Shown here piece after piece: positions 30,470 to 39,991 of a stretch of DNA of 64,000 bases (the stretch's first letter is position 1; every line of letters starts with the position of its first letter). Made by a program: the position numbers and the translations under genes. The stretch is from contig JAZLBQ010000026.1 of assembly GCA_045613785.1 (NCBI GenBank), forward strand, positions 80,677-144,676, in the 5' to 3' direction. Below the pieces are notes generated by a model, which made no database searches, was not told the origin of the DNA, and worked only from the letters and a program-made list of their open reading frames with translations. The stretch comes from Candidatus Enterousia sp. (lineage in GTDB: Bacteria; Pseudomonadota; Alphaproteobacteria; Rs-D84).

Positions 30470-31661
30470 AGTTTCCGAAACCAAGCGTCCATCGATTCTT
30501 CGCAGAATTTGGTCGTATATTTGGCGTAAAAAATGGTGGATAATATTATTGTGTTGTGTCTGTGTTGGGGGCTGGTTGTTGTTTGGGTCAAAGACTAACA
30601 AGCCAGGCGAATTTATCACGGTAAATATTACTCGTGGCGACCTGCGTCAGGTTGTTACAGCAACTGGCGAGATTCGTCCTGTAAATACTGTAAATGTTGG
30701 TTCTCAGGTATCTGGCACGATTGATAATTTATATGTGGACTTTAACAGTCGTGTAAAAAAAGGCGATATTTTGTTGACAATAGAACCATCTGTTTTGCAA
30801 GCGACTGTTGATGAAGCCAAGGCATCGCTAGACAGCACGATTTCTCAGCGTAATTTTGCAAAGAGTGAATATGAACGTGATAAAATGTTGTATAACGAAG
30901 GCTTTATTTCACGTGCAGAAATGGAACAAAAACTAACTCAATATGAACAGTCAGAGCAATCTGTAAAACGTGCACAATCCACATATGATCGTGCTGTAAC
31001 GAATTTGGGGTATGCAACAATTTTATCGCCTGTTGATGGGACCGTAATTTCACGCAAGGTAGATGTTGGTCAGACTGTTGCTGCATCTTTTCAGACACCA
31101 GACTTGTTTGAAATTGCCGAAGATTTAACAAAAATGCAAATTGAAACCGCCGTATCAGAAGCGGACATTGGTGTCATCACAGAGGGTCAGCCTGTGACCT
31201 TTACAGTTGATGCGTATCCAACTGAAACGTTTGATGGTGTTGTTCGTCAGGTGCGTTTGTCGCCAACCACGACATCAAACGTAGTTGTTTATACAGTTGT
31301 GATTGATGTTGATAATTCAGACTTGCGTCTGATGCCAGGTATGACAGCATTTGTAACGATTATAATTTCAGAACGTGATAATGTATGGCGTGCTGCAAAC
31401 TCTGCATTTTTAATTCGCAGTTTTGACAGGTTTTTGGCTCCCGAAGAAATAAGTGGTGCAACACCTGCGTCGCACTTGGCAATATTGCGTGATGGCAATG
31501 TAGTTTTTGTTCCTTATACCAAGGGCTTGACCACTGCGACAGAAACAGAAATTATCTCGGACGAGATTCAAATGGGTGATAAAATTATCACAGGTCGTAT
31601 GGGTATGACATCGACTAATAAGCAGCAAGGAATGTCGCCTATGCGTGGTCCACGAATGTAA
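30447..31661 (+). CDS. MacA-like membrane fusion (periplasmic adaptor) protein
   Basis: VGSQVSGTI, SPVDGTVI, GQTVAASFQTPDLF and LMPGMTA. Confidence 0.9.
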   Translation: MKKQTTNKVSETKRPSILRRIWSYIWRKKWWIILLCCVCVGGWLLFGSKTNKPGEFITVNITRGDLRQVVTATGEIRPVNTVNVGSQVSGTIDNLYVDFNSRVKKGDILLTIEPSVLQATVDEAKASLDSTISQRNFAKSEYERDKMLYNEGFISRAEMEQKLTQYEQSEQSVKRAQSTYDRAVTNLGYATILSPVDGTVISRKVDVGQTVAASFQTPDLFEIAEDLTKMQIETAVSEADIGVITEGQPVTFTVDAYPTETFDGVVRQVRLSPTTTSNVVVYTVVIDVDNSDLRLMPGMTAFVTIIISERDNVWRAANSAFLIRSFDRFLAPEEISGATPASHLAILRDGNVVFVPYTKGLTTATETEIISDEIQMGDKIITGRMGMTSTNKQQGMSPMRGPRM

Positions 31662-31662
31662 T

Positions 31663-31682
31663 AAACGCCCGATTGGGCGTTT
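31663..31682 (+). terminator. Intrinsic terminator
   Basis: AAACGCCC-GATT-GGGCGTTT followed by a T run. Confidence 0.8.
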
Positions 31683-31769
31683 TTTTATAAAACGTTTTAT
31701 TATCATTTGCCTTATTTTATTTTTTTATGTTATAATTACATACGAATATTCAGCTGAGAGAGAATTTAG

Positions 31770-33032
31770 TTGGCCAATAATTTTATAACAGTTAATCGAA
31801 AAAAATACGCCGTTGGTCTGTTGTGGCAGCCCATTGGGGCTGGTTTTGCTGCCCGTGGTTATGCTCGCAATTTGTCCAAGAATATTGATAAAAAACTGAC
31901 CTTGTTCACAGAATATCGTTCAATGGTTGGTCTGTCATCACGTCGCAATGGTATTCATTCTGGAATGACCAGTGCTGCTGCTGATGTGATGGAAAGTTTT
32001 TCAGAATACACATCATTTATTGCGGTGTTTAATGTTGATAGCAAATATTACCTAGTTGCTGCTCGTAATGGGATAATTTTATCAGATGTTGTTTTTGATA
32101 ATGAACAAGATGCCCGCAATGAATATGTAAAGTTATCCGAGATTCCTGATTGGGGTGCGTTTTTTGCACCGTCTTCGTGGGGAATGCCACGTGCAGCAGA
32201 GCGAAATTTATCAGACTTATTAAACGGTCAATCGCACGCTGTATTGCGTCCAATCAGTCATTTGGGGGCAGGTGTTGTATCGTTGGTATTGTTGGGTATT
32301 TTTGCACTGGTCTTGGGGATTATTTTTCGTGATTCAATAAATCAGGCCTTTACCCCACGTCCTCAGGTTGCGGAACTAGATCCGGAATTGGTTGCAGAAT
32401 ACAAGCGTCAAATCGAAGAAAGCAGCAAGAAATTAGACCAGGAATACCAGATTGAAAAGGTTTTGCCACCAGAACCAATAGTAATGCCATATGAATTATT
32501 GCCTGATGTTGCTGCCCGTGCGGCTCAGTGTTATCAGGCGATTGGTTTTGTGATGCAGCCGATTCCAGGCTGGACACAAATGCGTGCGACGTGTGGTGAA
32601 ACACATGTTACTGCGGAATTTCGTCGCAGTTTTGGCACGTTGGGTGAGTTTTATAATATCGCAACAGAATTGATGCCTGCGTCATTTGTTGAAGAAGTAG
32701 ATGAAAACACAATTCGTATTCGTGCAACCTTGCCGACATTGGAATCATTTGCTTCTCAGGACGAACGAGATGCAGATACTGTTGTTCGTGATATAACAAC
32801 ATTGTTTCAGTCGATTGATACACCTGTTCAAACCCAGGTTGTTGTTGATACGCTGACCAATGGTGTTGACGTTGCGACAGTCAACGTCATAGAAGTTGGT
32901 GCAGAATCAAAACTGATTCCGACGCAGTTTATGGAAATTTTTAGTGAATTTGGCGGCGTTTATCTGATGCAGACATCATGGGACGTTCGCTCACGTTCTT
33001 GGAACTATGAGGTGGTAATCTATGCAAAATAA
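31770..33032 (+). CDS. Type IVb pilus accessory protein, PilO/BfpC-like
   Basis: N-terminal YAVGLLWQ motif, a central TM and C-terminal PIPGW...C; sits ahead of the ATPase and platform genes; TTG start. Confidence 0.65.
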   Translation: MANNFITVNRKKYAVGLLWQPIGAGFAARGYARNLSKNIDKKLTLFTEYRSMVGLSSRRNGIHSGMTSAAADVMESFSEYTSFIAVFNVDSKYYLVAARNGIILSDVVFDNEQDARNEYVKLSEIPDWGAFFAPSSWGMPRAAERNLSDLLNGQSHAVLRPISHLGAGVVSLVLLGIFALVLGIIFRDSINQAFTPRPQVAELDPELVAEYKRQIEESSKKLDQEYQIEKVLPPEPIVMPYELLPDVAARAAQCYQAIGFVMQPIPGWTQMRATCGETHVTAEFRRSFGTLGEFYNIATELMPASFVEEVDENTIRIRATLPTLESFASQDERDADTVVRDITTLFQSIDTPVQTQVVVDTLTNGVDVATVNVIEVGAESKLIPTQFMEIFSEFGGVYLMQTSWDVRSRSWNYEVVIYAK

Positions 33033-33729
33033 CAGCAAGTTTTTATTTGGTTTAATAATCAGTGGCACACTGTCTGTGTTTGGGGCTGCGCATTCAGCTG
33101 ACATTGTCGTTGATGAAGAAGTCGTGGACATTGACCTGGAACAGGCGTCTGCTGATGCGGTTGCTGATTACGACATCAATGGTTCGCTGTTTCAACAGAT
33201 AACCGACCTGGAACAGGAAAAGGTTTTAATGCAACTTGAAAAAGAGCGTGCTCAACTGGACTTGGAATTAGACAGATTAGCGGCAGAAAAAATAAAGTTG
33301 CACATGGAAATTGACACGCTTTCTGGTCGTGCAGAGCAACAGCAACAAGAAATTGAAACACAAAAGGCAAAACTAGAAGCCGAAGCTGCTCGTATCGAGA
33401 AAGAAAAAGATTCTTGGCTGGCGAAAATGGATGCCGAAGAATCCAAGTCATCAAAATCGACAAAAAAATCCAGCAGCAAAGATTCTGACGACGACGAAGA
33501 CGAAGACAGTGTTGATATAACAAAATTATATCGTCTGGTAAATGTTATTGGTGCTGGCTCTCAATTACAGGCAACAGTAGAAGATTTGAAAAGTGGTCAA
33601 AGCAAGCGTATAAGTGTTGGTCGCACATTAAATGGCTTGACTGTAAAATCTATATCGCTTTATGACGGCGTTGTATTTGTTGACGCCGATGGTAAAACCC
33701 AGAATTTGAACATCAGCAACGGAAAGTAA
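33022..33729 (+). CDS. Type IVb pilus biogenesis protein, PilP-like
   Basis: Signal peptide, coiled coil and C-terminal V.G.G..L.A....G..L.G..VKSI beta domain; synteny supports the call. Confidence 0.6.
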   Translation: MQNNSKFLFGLIISGTLSVFGAAHSADIVVDEEVVDIDLEQASADAVADYDINGSLFQQITDLEQEKVLMQLEKERAQLDLELDRLAAEKIKLHMEIDTLSGRAEQQQQEIETQKAKLEAEAARIEKEKDSWLAKMDAEESKSSKSTKKSSSKDSDDDEDEDSVDITKLYRLVNVIGAGSQLQATVEDLKSGQSKRISVGRTLNGLTVKSISLYDGVVFVDADGKTQNLNISNGK

Positions 33730-33733
33730 AATT

Positions 33734-35371
33734 ATGGTTGATTCAAAAGTCCAAGATTTTATTACAACTGATTCCACTACCCAGCCATCAATTCCTGCTG
33801 GGTTGGAAAATTCTGAAACCAAGGACATAATAGATTATCTGTTTTCCAATGGTAATCGTTTGCTGACAGCGACGGGTGCGATTCTAGAATTACCACGTGA
33901 TACCCAGAACTTGATAGCATATTTTACTGGTGGTGAAATAATTATATCACGCACCCATCGATATGACGGTCGTGTTTTATCATTTTTAGAATTGTTAAAG
34001 CAACGTGGTCGCAAAATACGGACACCGTTTTATTCAGATCTTGGGTTGATATCAAATATTTATAAATCGAACGAAATGCATTTGGGGGGGGCATCACGTT
34101 CACGTTCTGATTTTGATAACCAGATGCAGAAAGATTTTGTAGACATAATTGCCAAGGCTGCCGCTCGCAAGGTATCTGATATTCACATCGAAGTTGCGGA
34201 TCAAACAACGATATATTTCCGTGTTGATGGCAGTATACAGCCGGTATTAGAATATAACAGCCAGTGGGGCGAAGCATTTCTTCGTGCGGCTTTTGCGTCA
34301 TCTGATATATCCAATGCGAACTATGCTGTAAATGAATATCAGTCTGCCCAAAAAGATGGTCGCACGCCTTTGCGTGGAACCAAGGATTTGTATTTGCCAT
34401 CTGGCGTGCTGGGCGTTCGTATGCAGTTTAATCCGATTGCCTTTGGAACACGCTATGCGGTTCTGCGTTTATTGTATGACAATCCGTCCGAAGGAATCAA
34501 GATTGAACAGGAATTTGGGCCATATGAACAACGGTTGCTGGCTCGTCTGCGTTCTTTTCCAACAGGTCTGGTAATAGTTGCGGGTCCGACCAGTTCTGGT
34601 AAATCAACAACCCTTGTTCGTAATATGTCGCTGATGTTAAAAGAACATAATTACGAAATCAATATGATTACCGTTGAAAATCCAGTGGAACAAAAGATTT
34701 TTGGTGCACGTCAAATGCCTGTTGTAAATACCACAGACGAAGAGCAACGTGAAAAGAAATATGTAGAAGCCCTGGCTGCTGCATTGCGAAGCGACCCTGA
34801 CACATTGATGGTTGGCGAAATTCGCACACTTGCTGCGGCAGAATTGACTGTTCGTGGTGCATTGTCTGGTCATAACGTATGGACAACATTGCATGCAAAT
34901 TCAGCAATGGCGGCATTGACACGTTTGTTAGATTTGGGGGTAGAGGCATTTAAATTAAAAGAAGAAACCTTGATGCGTGGCTTGGTATCTATGCGTCTGT
35001 TTAAAAAGGTCTGTCCTCATTGTCGTGAACCCTTGGTCAATCATCCAGAGCGTGGTGCATATCGTCGTGTAATGGACGCATACGGTGAAATAGGGCTAAA
35101 CCAAATATATCAGCGTGGATCTGGTTGTCCACATTGTAATGGCACAGGGAACATTGGTCGTGTCAAGGCTGGTGAAATAATCATCACCAACAGTGAATTT
35201 TTACGTCTAGCATTATCTGGCAATACGGACGGTGCTGTCCGCTATTGGCTTGAAGAAATGTCTGGTCGCACATTAAAAGAAGCCGCCGCATCACTAATGT
35301 TGCAGGGTATAATCAGTGTAGATGAACTGGAACGTTGGGTCGGTCAACTTGATCAGCCAGGGGCGTATTGA
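33734..35371 (+). CDS. Pilus assembly ATPase (PilQ/BfpD, GspE-PilB family)
   Basis: SDIHI, FRVDG, GPTSSGKSTT, ENPVE, DPDTLMVGEIR, SGH.VWTTLHAN and two CPHC. Confidence 0.92.
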   Translation: MVDSKVQDFITTDSTTQPSIPAGLENSETKDIIDYLFSNGNRLLTATGAILELPRDTQNLIAYFTGGEIIISRTHRYDGRVLSFLELLKQRGRKIRTPFYSDLGLISNIYKSNEMHLGGASRSRSDFDNQMQKDFVDIIAKAAARKVSDIHIEVADQTTIYFRVDGSIQPVLEYNSQWGEAFLRAAFASSDISNANYAVNEYQSAQKDGRTPLRGTKDLYLPSGVLGVRMQFNPIAFGTRYAVLRLLYDNPSEGIKIEQEFGPYEQRLLARLRSFPTGLVIVAGPTSSGKSTTLVRNMSLMLKEHNYEINMITVENPVEQKIFGARQMPVVNTTDEEQREKKYVEALAAALRSDPDTLMVGEIRTLAAAELTVRGALSGHNVWTTLHANSAMAALTRLLDLGVEAFKLKEETLMRGLVSMRLFKKVCPHCREPLVNHPERGAYRRVMDAYGEIGLNQIYQRGSGCPHCNGTGNIGRVKAGEIIITNSEFLRLALSGNTDGAVRYWLEEMSGRTLKEAAASLMLQGIISVDELERWVGQLDQPGAY

Positions 35372-35372
35372 T

Positions 35373-36443
35373 ATGAATAAACTTGAACTGCTGTATGCAA
35401 AACTTGTATTCAGGTTAAACACTGAAAAGCGTATGTCGATTTGTCGCAAATTAGCATCGTTATTGCGAAATGATTTTACTTTGATAGATGCGCTGGAACG
35501 CCTTGAAATGGTTGAGTCAAAAAATGGCAAAGCACCACATGAACCATTTGCGATTGTTATGCGTCAGTGGCAAAAGAACTTGGAACAGGGTATGACTTTT
35601 TCCGAGGCTACTCGTGGTTGGGTTCCACCGAACGAAACGTTATTGGTAACATCAGGGAATTTATCAAATCTGGTAATTGCACTGGAAAATGTTGGTCGTG
35701 TTGTCGAAGGCACAACCCGTATTCGTCGTGCAATGACATCGGCGATTGGTTATCCGATGTTTTTGTTGGCGTTGACGTTTGGTATTATTATTATGGTTGG
35801 GCTTTATCTAGTTCCGCCATTGGCAGAAATTGCGGGTAATTCAGTTGTCTGGCGTGGTGCTGCCCGTTCATTGATATGGTTGTCTGATTTTTCTATTCAA
35901 TATTGGTATTTGTTTTTAGTTATTTTTGCCGTGATAGTATCAGTTATCTGGCTAAGTTTGGCAAATTGGTCAGGACGGATTCGTGTGTTTTTTGATAAGT
36001 TGCCACCGTGGAATGTTTACAAGATTCAAGTATCTGTTGGTTGGTTGATGTCATTGGCGGCAATGGTTGGTTCTGGTGTTACGATACCTGATGCCATGCG
36101 AATGCTGGCGGATAATGCCAACCGCTATTTACGCAGTATTTTAGATGCTGCCCTTCATCACATTGCCAACGGTGATAACCTTGGGGTTGCACTGACGCAT
36201 ATTGGGCGTGATTTTCCAGACAGTGAAATTATTGGGGATTTGACGATATATGCCGATATGAACGAATTTGATGAAAACCTGAATCAGATTGCGAACGATT
36301 ATCTAAACGAATCTGTCCGCAAGATGGAGCAGATATCAAACACATTAAACAGTCTGGGCATATTGCTAGTTTCTGCCATAATTGCTTGGGTTGTTCTTGG
36401 GACGTTCCAGATGCAAGATCAAATAACGTCTGCATTGACTTAA
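35373..36443 (+). CDS. Pilus inner-membrane platform protein (PilR/BfpE, GspF family)
   Basis: L.SLLRN....DAL, G.TFSEA...WVP.NE and three TMs; follows the ATPase; start at ATG 35373. Confidence 0.88.
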   Translation: MNKLELLYAKLVFRLNTEKRMSICRKLASLLRNDFTLIDALERLEMVESKNGKAPHEPFAIVMRQWQKNLEQGMTFSEATRGWVPPNETLLVTSGNLSNLVIALENVGRVVEGTTRIRRAMTSAIGYPMFLLALTFGIIIMVGLYLVPPLAEIAGNSVVWRGAARSLIWLSDFSIQYWYLFLVIFAVIVSVIWLSLANWSGRIRVFFDKLPPWNVYKIQVSVGWLMSLAAMVGSGVTIPDAMRMLADNANRYLRSILDAALHHIANGDNLGVALTHIGRDFPDSEIIGDLTIYADMNEFDENLNQIANDYLNESVRKMEQISNTLNSLGILLVSAIIAWVVLGTFQMQDQITSALT

Positions 36444-36466
36444 ATGAAAAGAAAAGCAAAATAAAA

Positions 36467-36482
36467 CCCGGCAAATGCCGGG
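36467..36482. repeat. CCGG-N6-CCGG element, copy 10 / bidirectional terminator
   Basis: CCCGGC-AAAT-GCCGGG between convergent genes. Confidence 0.65.
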
Positions 36483-36503
36483 TATTTTTATCTGAATCAA
36501 AGA

Positions 36504-37142
36504 TTATTTGTTTGGAATAATTTTCAATTCTACACGACGGTTTTGTGCACGGCCATTTGCATTTGCGTTTGAGGCAATTGGATTTGAAGAGCCCATACCC
36601 AAGACTTCGAAGCGTGAAGATTTGATTCCTTGACCTTCCAGGTATGAAGCCACAGACTGTGCACGCTGGCGTGACAGATTCAAGTTATATTCTGCACTTC
36701 CTGTGCTGTCAGTGTGTCCTGAAACCATAAGTGTTGAATTGTCGTATTTCTTTAATACCTTTGCGACAGAGTTTAATACTGGATAGAACGAAGCGTTGAT
36801 ATCAGCAGAATCTGTCTTGAAAGTAATGTTTCCTGGCATAATCAGGCGAATGCTGTCTTTGTCTTCGACGACCTGAACACCTGTTGAAACCAGTTCTGCA
36901 CGCAATTCAGCGGCCTGTGCATCCAAATAATATCCAACACCACCACCGACTGCACCGCCAGCCAATGCACCAATCAATGCCCCTTCGCTACTTTGTGTGC
37001 TGCCAATCAAAGCCCCAGATACTGCACCAATTGCAGACCCCCAAGTTGCTTTTGAAGTCTGTGTTTGACCTGTGTATGGATTTACGGTTGTGCAACCTGC
37101 GACCAGTGCTGTGATTGCAAAAACAGAAACTAATTTTTTCAT
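36504..37142 (-). CDS. OmpA-family lipoprotein with glycine zipper (YiaD-like)
   Basis: Lipobox VAGC, glycine zipper, GHTDSTG...NLNLS..RA.SV and NRRVE. Confidence 0.92.
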   Translation of the reverse strand: MKKLVSVFAITALVAGCTTVNPYTGQTQTSKATWGSAIGAVSGALIGSTQSSEGALIGALAGGAVGGGVGYYLDAQAAELRAELVSTGVQVVEDKDSIRLIMPGNITFKTDSADINASFYPVLNSVAKVLKKYDNSTLMVSGHTDSTGSAEYNLNLSRQRAQSVASYLEGQGIKSSRFEVLGMGSSNPIASNANANGRAQNRRVELKIIPNK

Positions 37143-37246
37143 ACTTTCTCCTTTATTGTTTGTGCTGATGAATATCATAGAACATAATTTTTTAAAACAC
37201 AAAAATAAATACCCACAAACGGGGTATTTTTTTATTTGACTAGGAA

Positions 37247-37444
37247 TTATTTATTTTTTTGTATTTGTTTAAAAACTGCTTGTTGTTTTAACAAATTCAC
37301 AGAATCGACTTGTTCTTTTGGTGTTTTGTTTGTATCAGAACTACCTAATTTCGAAGTAAAAATCGATTGGAGATGCATAACGATTGCGATTGCGACGCCT
37401 GCAACAACCATATATTCTAAAAATTCTTTTATATCTTTTTTCAT
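37247..37444 (-). CDS. Small hypothetical single-TM protein (65 aa)
   Basis: MKKDIKEFLEYMVVAGVAIAIVM..., with AGG upstream and a hairpin at 37207-37229 downstream. Confidence 0.5.
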   Translation of the reverse strand: MKKDIKEFLEYMVVAGVAIAIVMHLQSIFTSKLGSSDTNKTPKEQVDSVNLLKQQAVFKQIQKNK

Positions 37445-37504
37445 TATCAACCTATTTTGCAATTTATATTTCCAAAAAAAATCCGCCATTTGGCGGTGAA
37501 ATCT

Positions 37505-37581
37505 TGGTGGGTGTTGAGGGACTCAAACCCCCGACCCTCTCGGTGTAAACGAGATGCTCTAATCAACTGAGCTAAACACCC
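37505..37581 (-). tRNA. tRNA-Val(TAC)
   Basis: Reverse complement GGGTGTTTAGCTCAGTTGATTAGAGCATCTCG-TT-TAC-AC-CGAGA..GGGGGTTTGAGTCCCTCAACACCCACCA. Confidence 0.93.
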
Positions 37582-37619
37582 AAGGCTTTACAGCGAAACA
37601 AATATTATAATAAATTTTT

Positions 37620-38354
37620 TTATTTGTCCAGTATTTTTTTACCGTTTTCTAAATTTATGCTTTCATTGTCAACGATAATCAGATTGTTTTGCAAAACAGG
37701 CTGCTGTGCAGATTCAATCAAGGTTCGCCAATAAACATCTCCACTAGCGGTTTCAATGGCATAAAGATAATTGTCCGTGCCGACAACAAAGGCGTATTTT
37801 TCGGTCAGGACAAAAGGAACTGCAACCCCGATGTCCAGACACCACTTTTTGTCGCCTGTTGCGGCAGAAATCTTGCAAAACGCATCGCCCAAACCTCCTG
37901 CATACACCCATTTACCGTATGGGATAATTGGTGCTACAATATCAACAGTTGACGAGCCACCTGTCAAATTGCTGGCACGATATACATCTGCAATCCAGGC
38001 AATTTTACGTGTTTTTGGATTTATTTTGATAACTTCCCCAGTGGTCAAACCTGCATACAAGTATTGTCCGCTACAAACAGGTCTGCGATTTGCAGAAACA
38101 GTATCGCTGGTTGGGAATCCGCTAAAAATCTTTTTATCCTCTTCCCAGATAGTGTTCAAAGAATCCTGGCTATATGGGCATTTTGAATTATCGATAACGA
38201 TTTCGGACAGTGAAGTATCAGTAATTGATTTGTTTTGCACGATTACCTGTGTGTCTTGAAATACTGCTGTTCGGACACCTGGCAAAATAGGATCATGCTT
38301 ATCGCACGCCACCAATCCTAATGCACAACAAACAATACTGACAACTTTACGCAT
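37620..38354 (-). CDS. PQQ-like beta-propeller lipoprotein (short BamB-like)
   Basis: Lipobox LVAC, LPG.R, and repeated G...W blade motifs; downstream of a YfgM-like gene. Confidence 0.75.
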   Translation of the reverse strand: MRKVVSIVCCALGLVACDKHDPILPGVRTAVFQDTQVIVQNKSITDTSLSEIVIDNSKCPYSQDSLNTIWEEDKKIFSGFPTSDTVSANRRPVCSGQYLYAGLTTGEVIKINPKTRKIAWIADVYRASNLTGGSSTVDIVAPIIPYGKWVYAGGLGDAFCKISAATGDKKWCLDIGVAVPFVLTEKYAFVVGTDNYLYAIETASGDVYWRTLIESAQQPVLQNNLIIVDNESINLENGKKILDK

Positions 38355-38371
38355 CTTGACCGTCCTGTGTT

Positions 38372-39022
38372 TTAACGAATGCTTTGTGCTGTTGCAGAAA
38401 CGACATCTGGTGCATCTTTGTCGTTTATAATTTTATCCAGCCACTTATTTGCAACAGCAGTATTCCCATCAGCCAAATACTTTTGTGCGATGGTTAGTGT
38501 TGCAGTATAATAGAACGGTGAACTTTTAGTGTTCAAATCGTCTAAATAGTCTTCGACTTGTTCGGCGGTCATCTCATCGCCTTTGATTCCAATGACGTGC
38601 AATTTTGCCAAATCACGAAAATCAGGTGTATTTCCGTTGTTTGCCAGTGTTTCCAGTTTGTTCAAATCTTTATCAAGCAAATAAGCCTGGAACAATGCCA
38701 AATCAGCGGTTGCCCCAGATGTGTTTTTTGATAACGCAGCCAAAGCATTTGCATCAACGTTTTCAACGGCTGTTTCATATGCAGCAGCAGTTGCGATTTT
38801 GTTTGCCTTGTGTGTTCTGATGCCGATTTGAATTGCGGTTGTTGCAATCAGTATAACCAACGCTGTTGCCAAAATATGTTTAGAATACTTTTTGATAAAC
38901 TGCATAGTTTTTTCATTGTTCACATCTTCCCAGACTTCACGATAAAGAGCATCTTCCATATGTTCAGCGTGTGTTTTCTTAGGTGTCTTGACTTTTTTAT
39001 TTCTTTCCAGCATTGTTGCCAT
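38372..39022 (-). CDS. YfgM-like TPR membrane protein
   Basis: LYREVWEDV..EK...F.KKY followed by a TM and helical repeats; syntenic with the BamB-like gene. Confidence 0.7.
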   Translation of the reverse strand: MATMLERNKKVKTPKKTHAEHMEDALYREVWEDVNNEKTMQFIKKYSKHILATALVILIATTAIQIGIRTHKANKIATAAAYETAVENVDANALAALSKNTSGATADLALFQAYLLDKDLNKLETLANNGNTPDFRDLAKLHVIGIKGDEMTAEQVEDYLDDLNTKSSPFYYTATLTIAQKYLADGNTAVANKWLDKIINDKDAPDVVSATAQSIR

Positions 39023-39075
39023 AATCTAATCTCCTGTGCTTGAAAAATGTTAAATTTTGTTATACTATAAAATTT

Positions 39076-39990
39076 ATGAGCAAGGAAATCAAGACCACAA
39101 TACCATCAACTGCCAATACCAGTATTGTTGCTGCCCGTGGGGTCAGTGATGAATCTGGGTTGGCTCAGTATATTCAAACTGTGCAAAAGATACCGGTTTT
39201 AACGGCTCAGCAAGAATATGATTATGCTACTCGTTGGGCAAAGTCTCATGATTCTCATGCTGCGGAACAGCTGGTTGCCAGTCATCTGCGTTTGGTTGTA
39301 TCAGTGGCATACGATTACAAGAATTATGGTATTCCTGTTGGTGAATTGATTGCCAGTGGAAATATGGGGTTGATGCAGGCTGTTCAAAAATTTGACCCTG
39401 ACAAAGGATTTCGTTTTTCGACCTATGCGATGTTCTGGATCAAGGCCGAGATTTACGAAACTATATTAAACAACTGGTCGTTGGTTCGCATTGGGACATC
39501 TGCCAATCAAAAGCGTGTATTTTTCAATCTTGCCCGTGCCAAGCGTGCTTTGGGGATAATGGACAATAACCTGTCGGATGAGCAAACAAAACAGATTGCC
39601 GAATATCTAGAGGTTCCCGAACGTGATGTTGCCCGTATGGCGACTCGTATCAGTGCCCGTGATTTATCGCTAAACGCACCGATGAATTCAGATGATGGTT
39701 CGACAGATATCTTGTCAAATATGACTGCTGGTGGCGACACTATCGAAGAATCTTTGGAACAGGCGGAATTTCGACGTCTGGGAATGGGGTTGCTGAAAAA
39801 GCACTTGGAAAAAATGCCAGAGCGTGATCGTGCGATATTGACAGCACGTCGCCTGCAACAGCCGGCGGCAACACTTGAATCGCTGTCCCAGAAGTATGGT
39901 GTATCACGTGAACGTGTTCGTCAAATTGAAGAACGTGCCTATAACAAATTGCGTAATGCAATATTGGACGAAACCAAAGGACAATTTTAA
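39076..39990 (+). CDS. rpoH: RNA polymerase sigma-32 factor
   Basis: SHLRLV, FDPDKGFRFSTYAMFWIKAEI, RpoH box QKRVFFNL and GVSRERVRQIE. Confidence 0.92.
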   Translation: MSKEIKTTIPSTANTSIVAARGVSDESGLAQYIQTVQKIPVLTAQQEYDYATRWAKSHDSHAAEQLVASHLRLVVSVAYDYKNYGIPVGELIASGNMGLMQAVQKFDPDKGFRFSTYAMFWIKAEIYETILNNWSLVRIGTSANQKRVFFNLARAKRALGIMDNNLSDEQTKQIAEYLEVPERDVARMATRISARDLSLNAPMNSDDGSTDILSNMTAGGDTIEESLEQAEFRRLGMGLLKKHLEKMPERDRAILTARRLQQPAATLESLSQKYGVSRERVRQIEERAYNKLRNAILDETKGQF

Positions 39991-39991
39991 T

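Noticed and set aside
37247-37444. Flp/Tad pilin (EY motif followed by a hydrophobic run)
   Set aside because: There is no Gly at the -1 cleavage position and no tad genes in the window.
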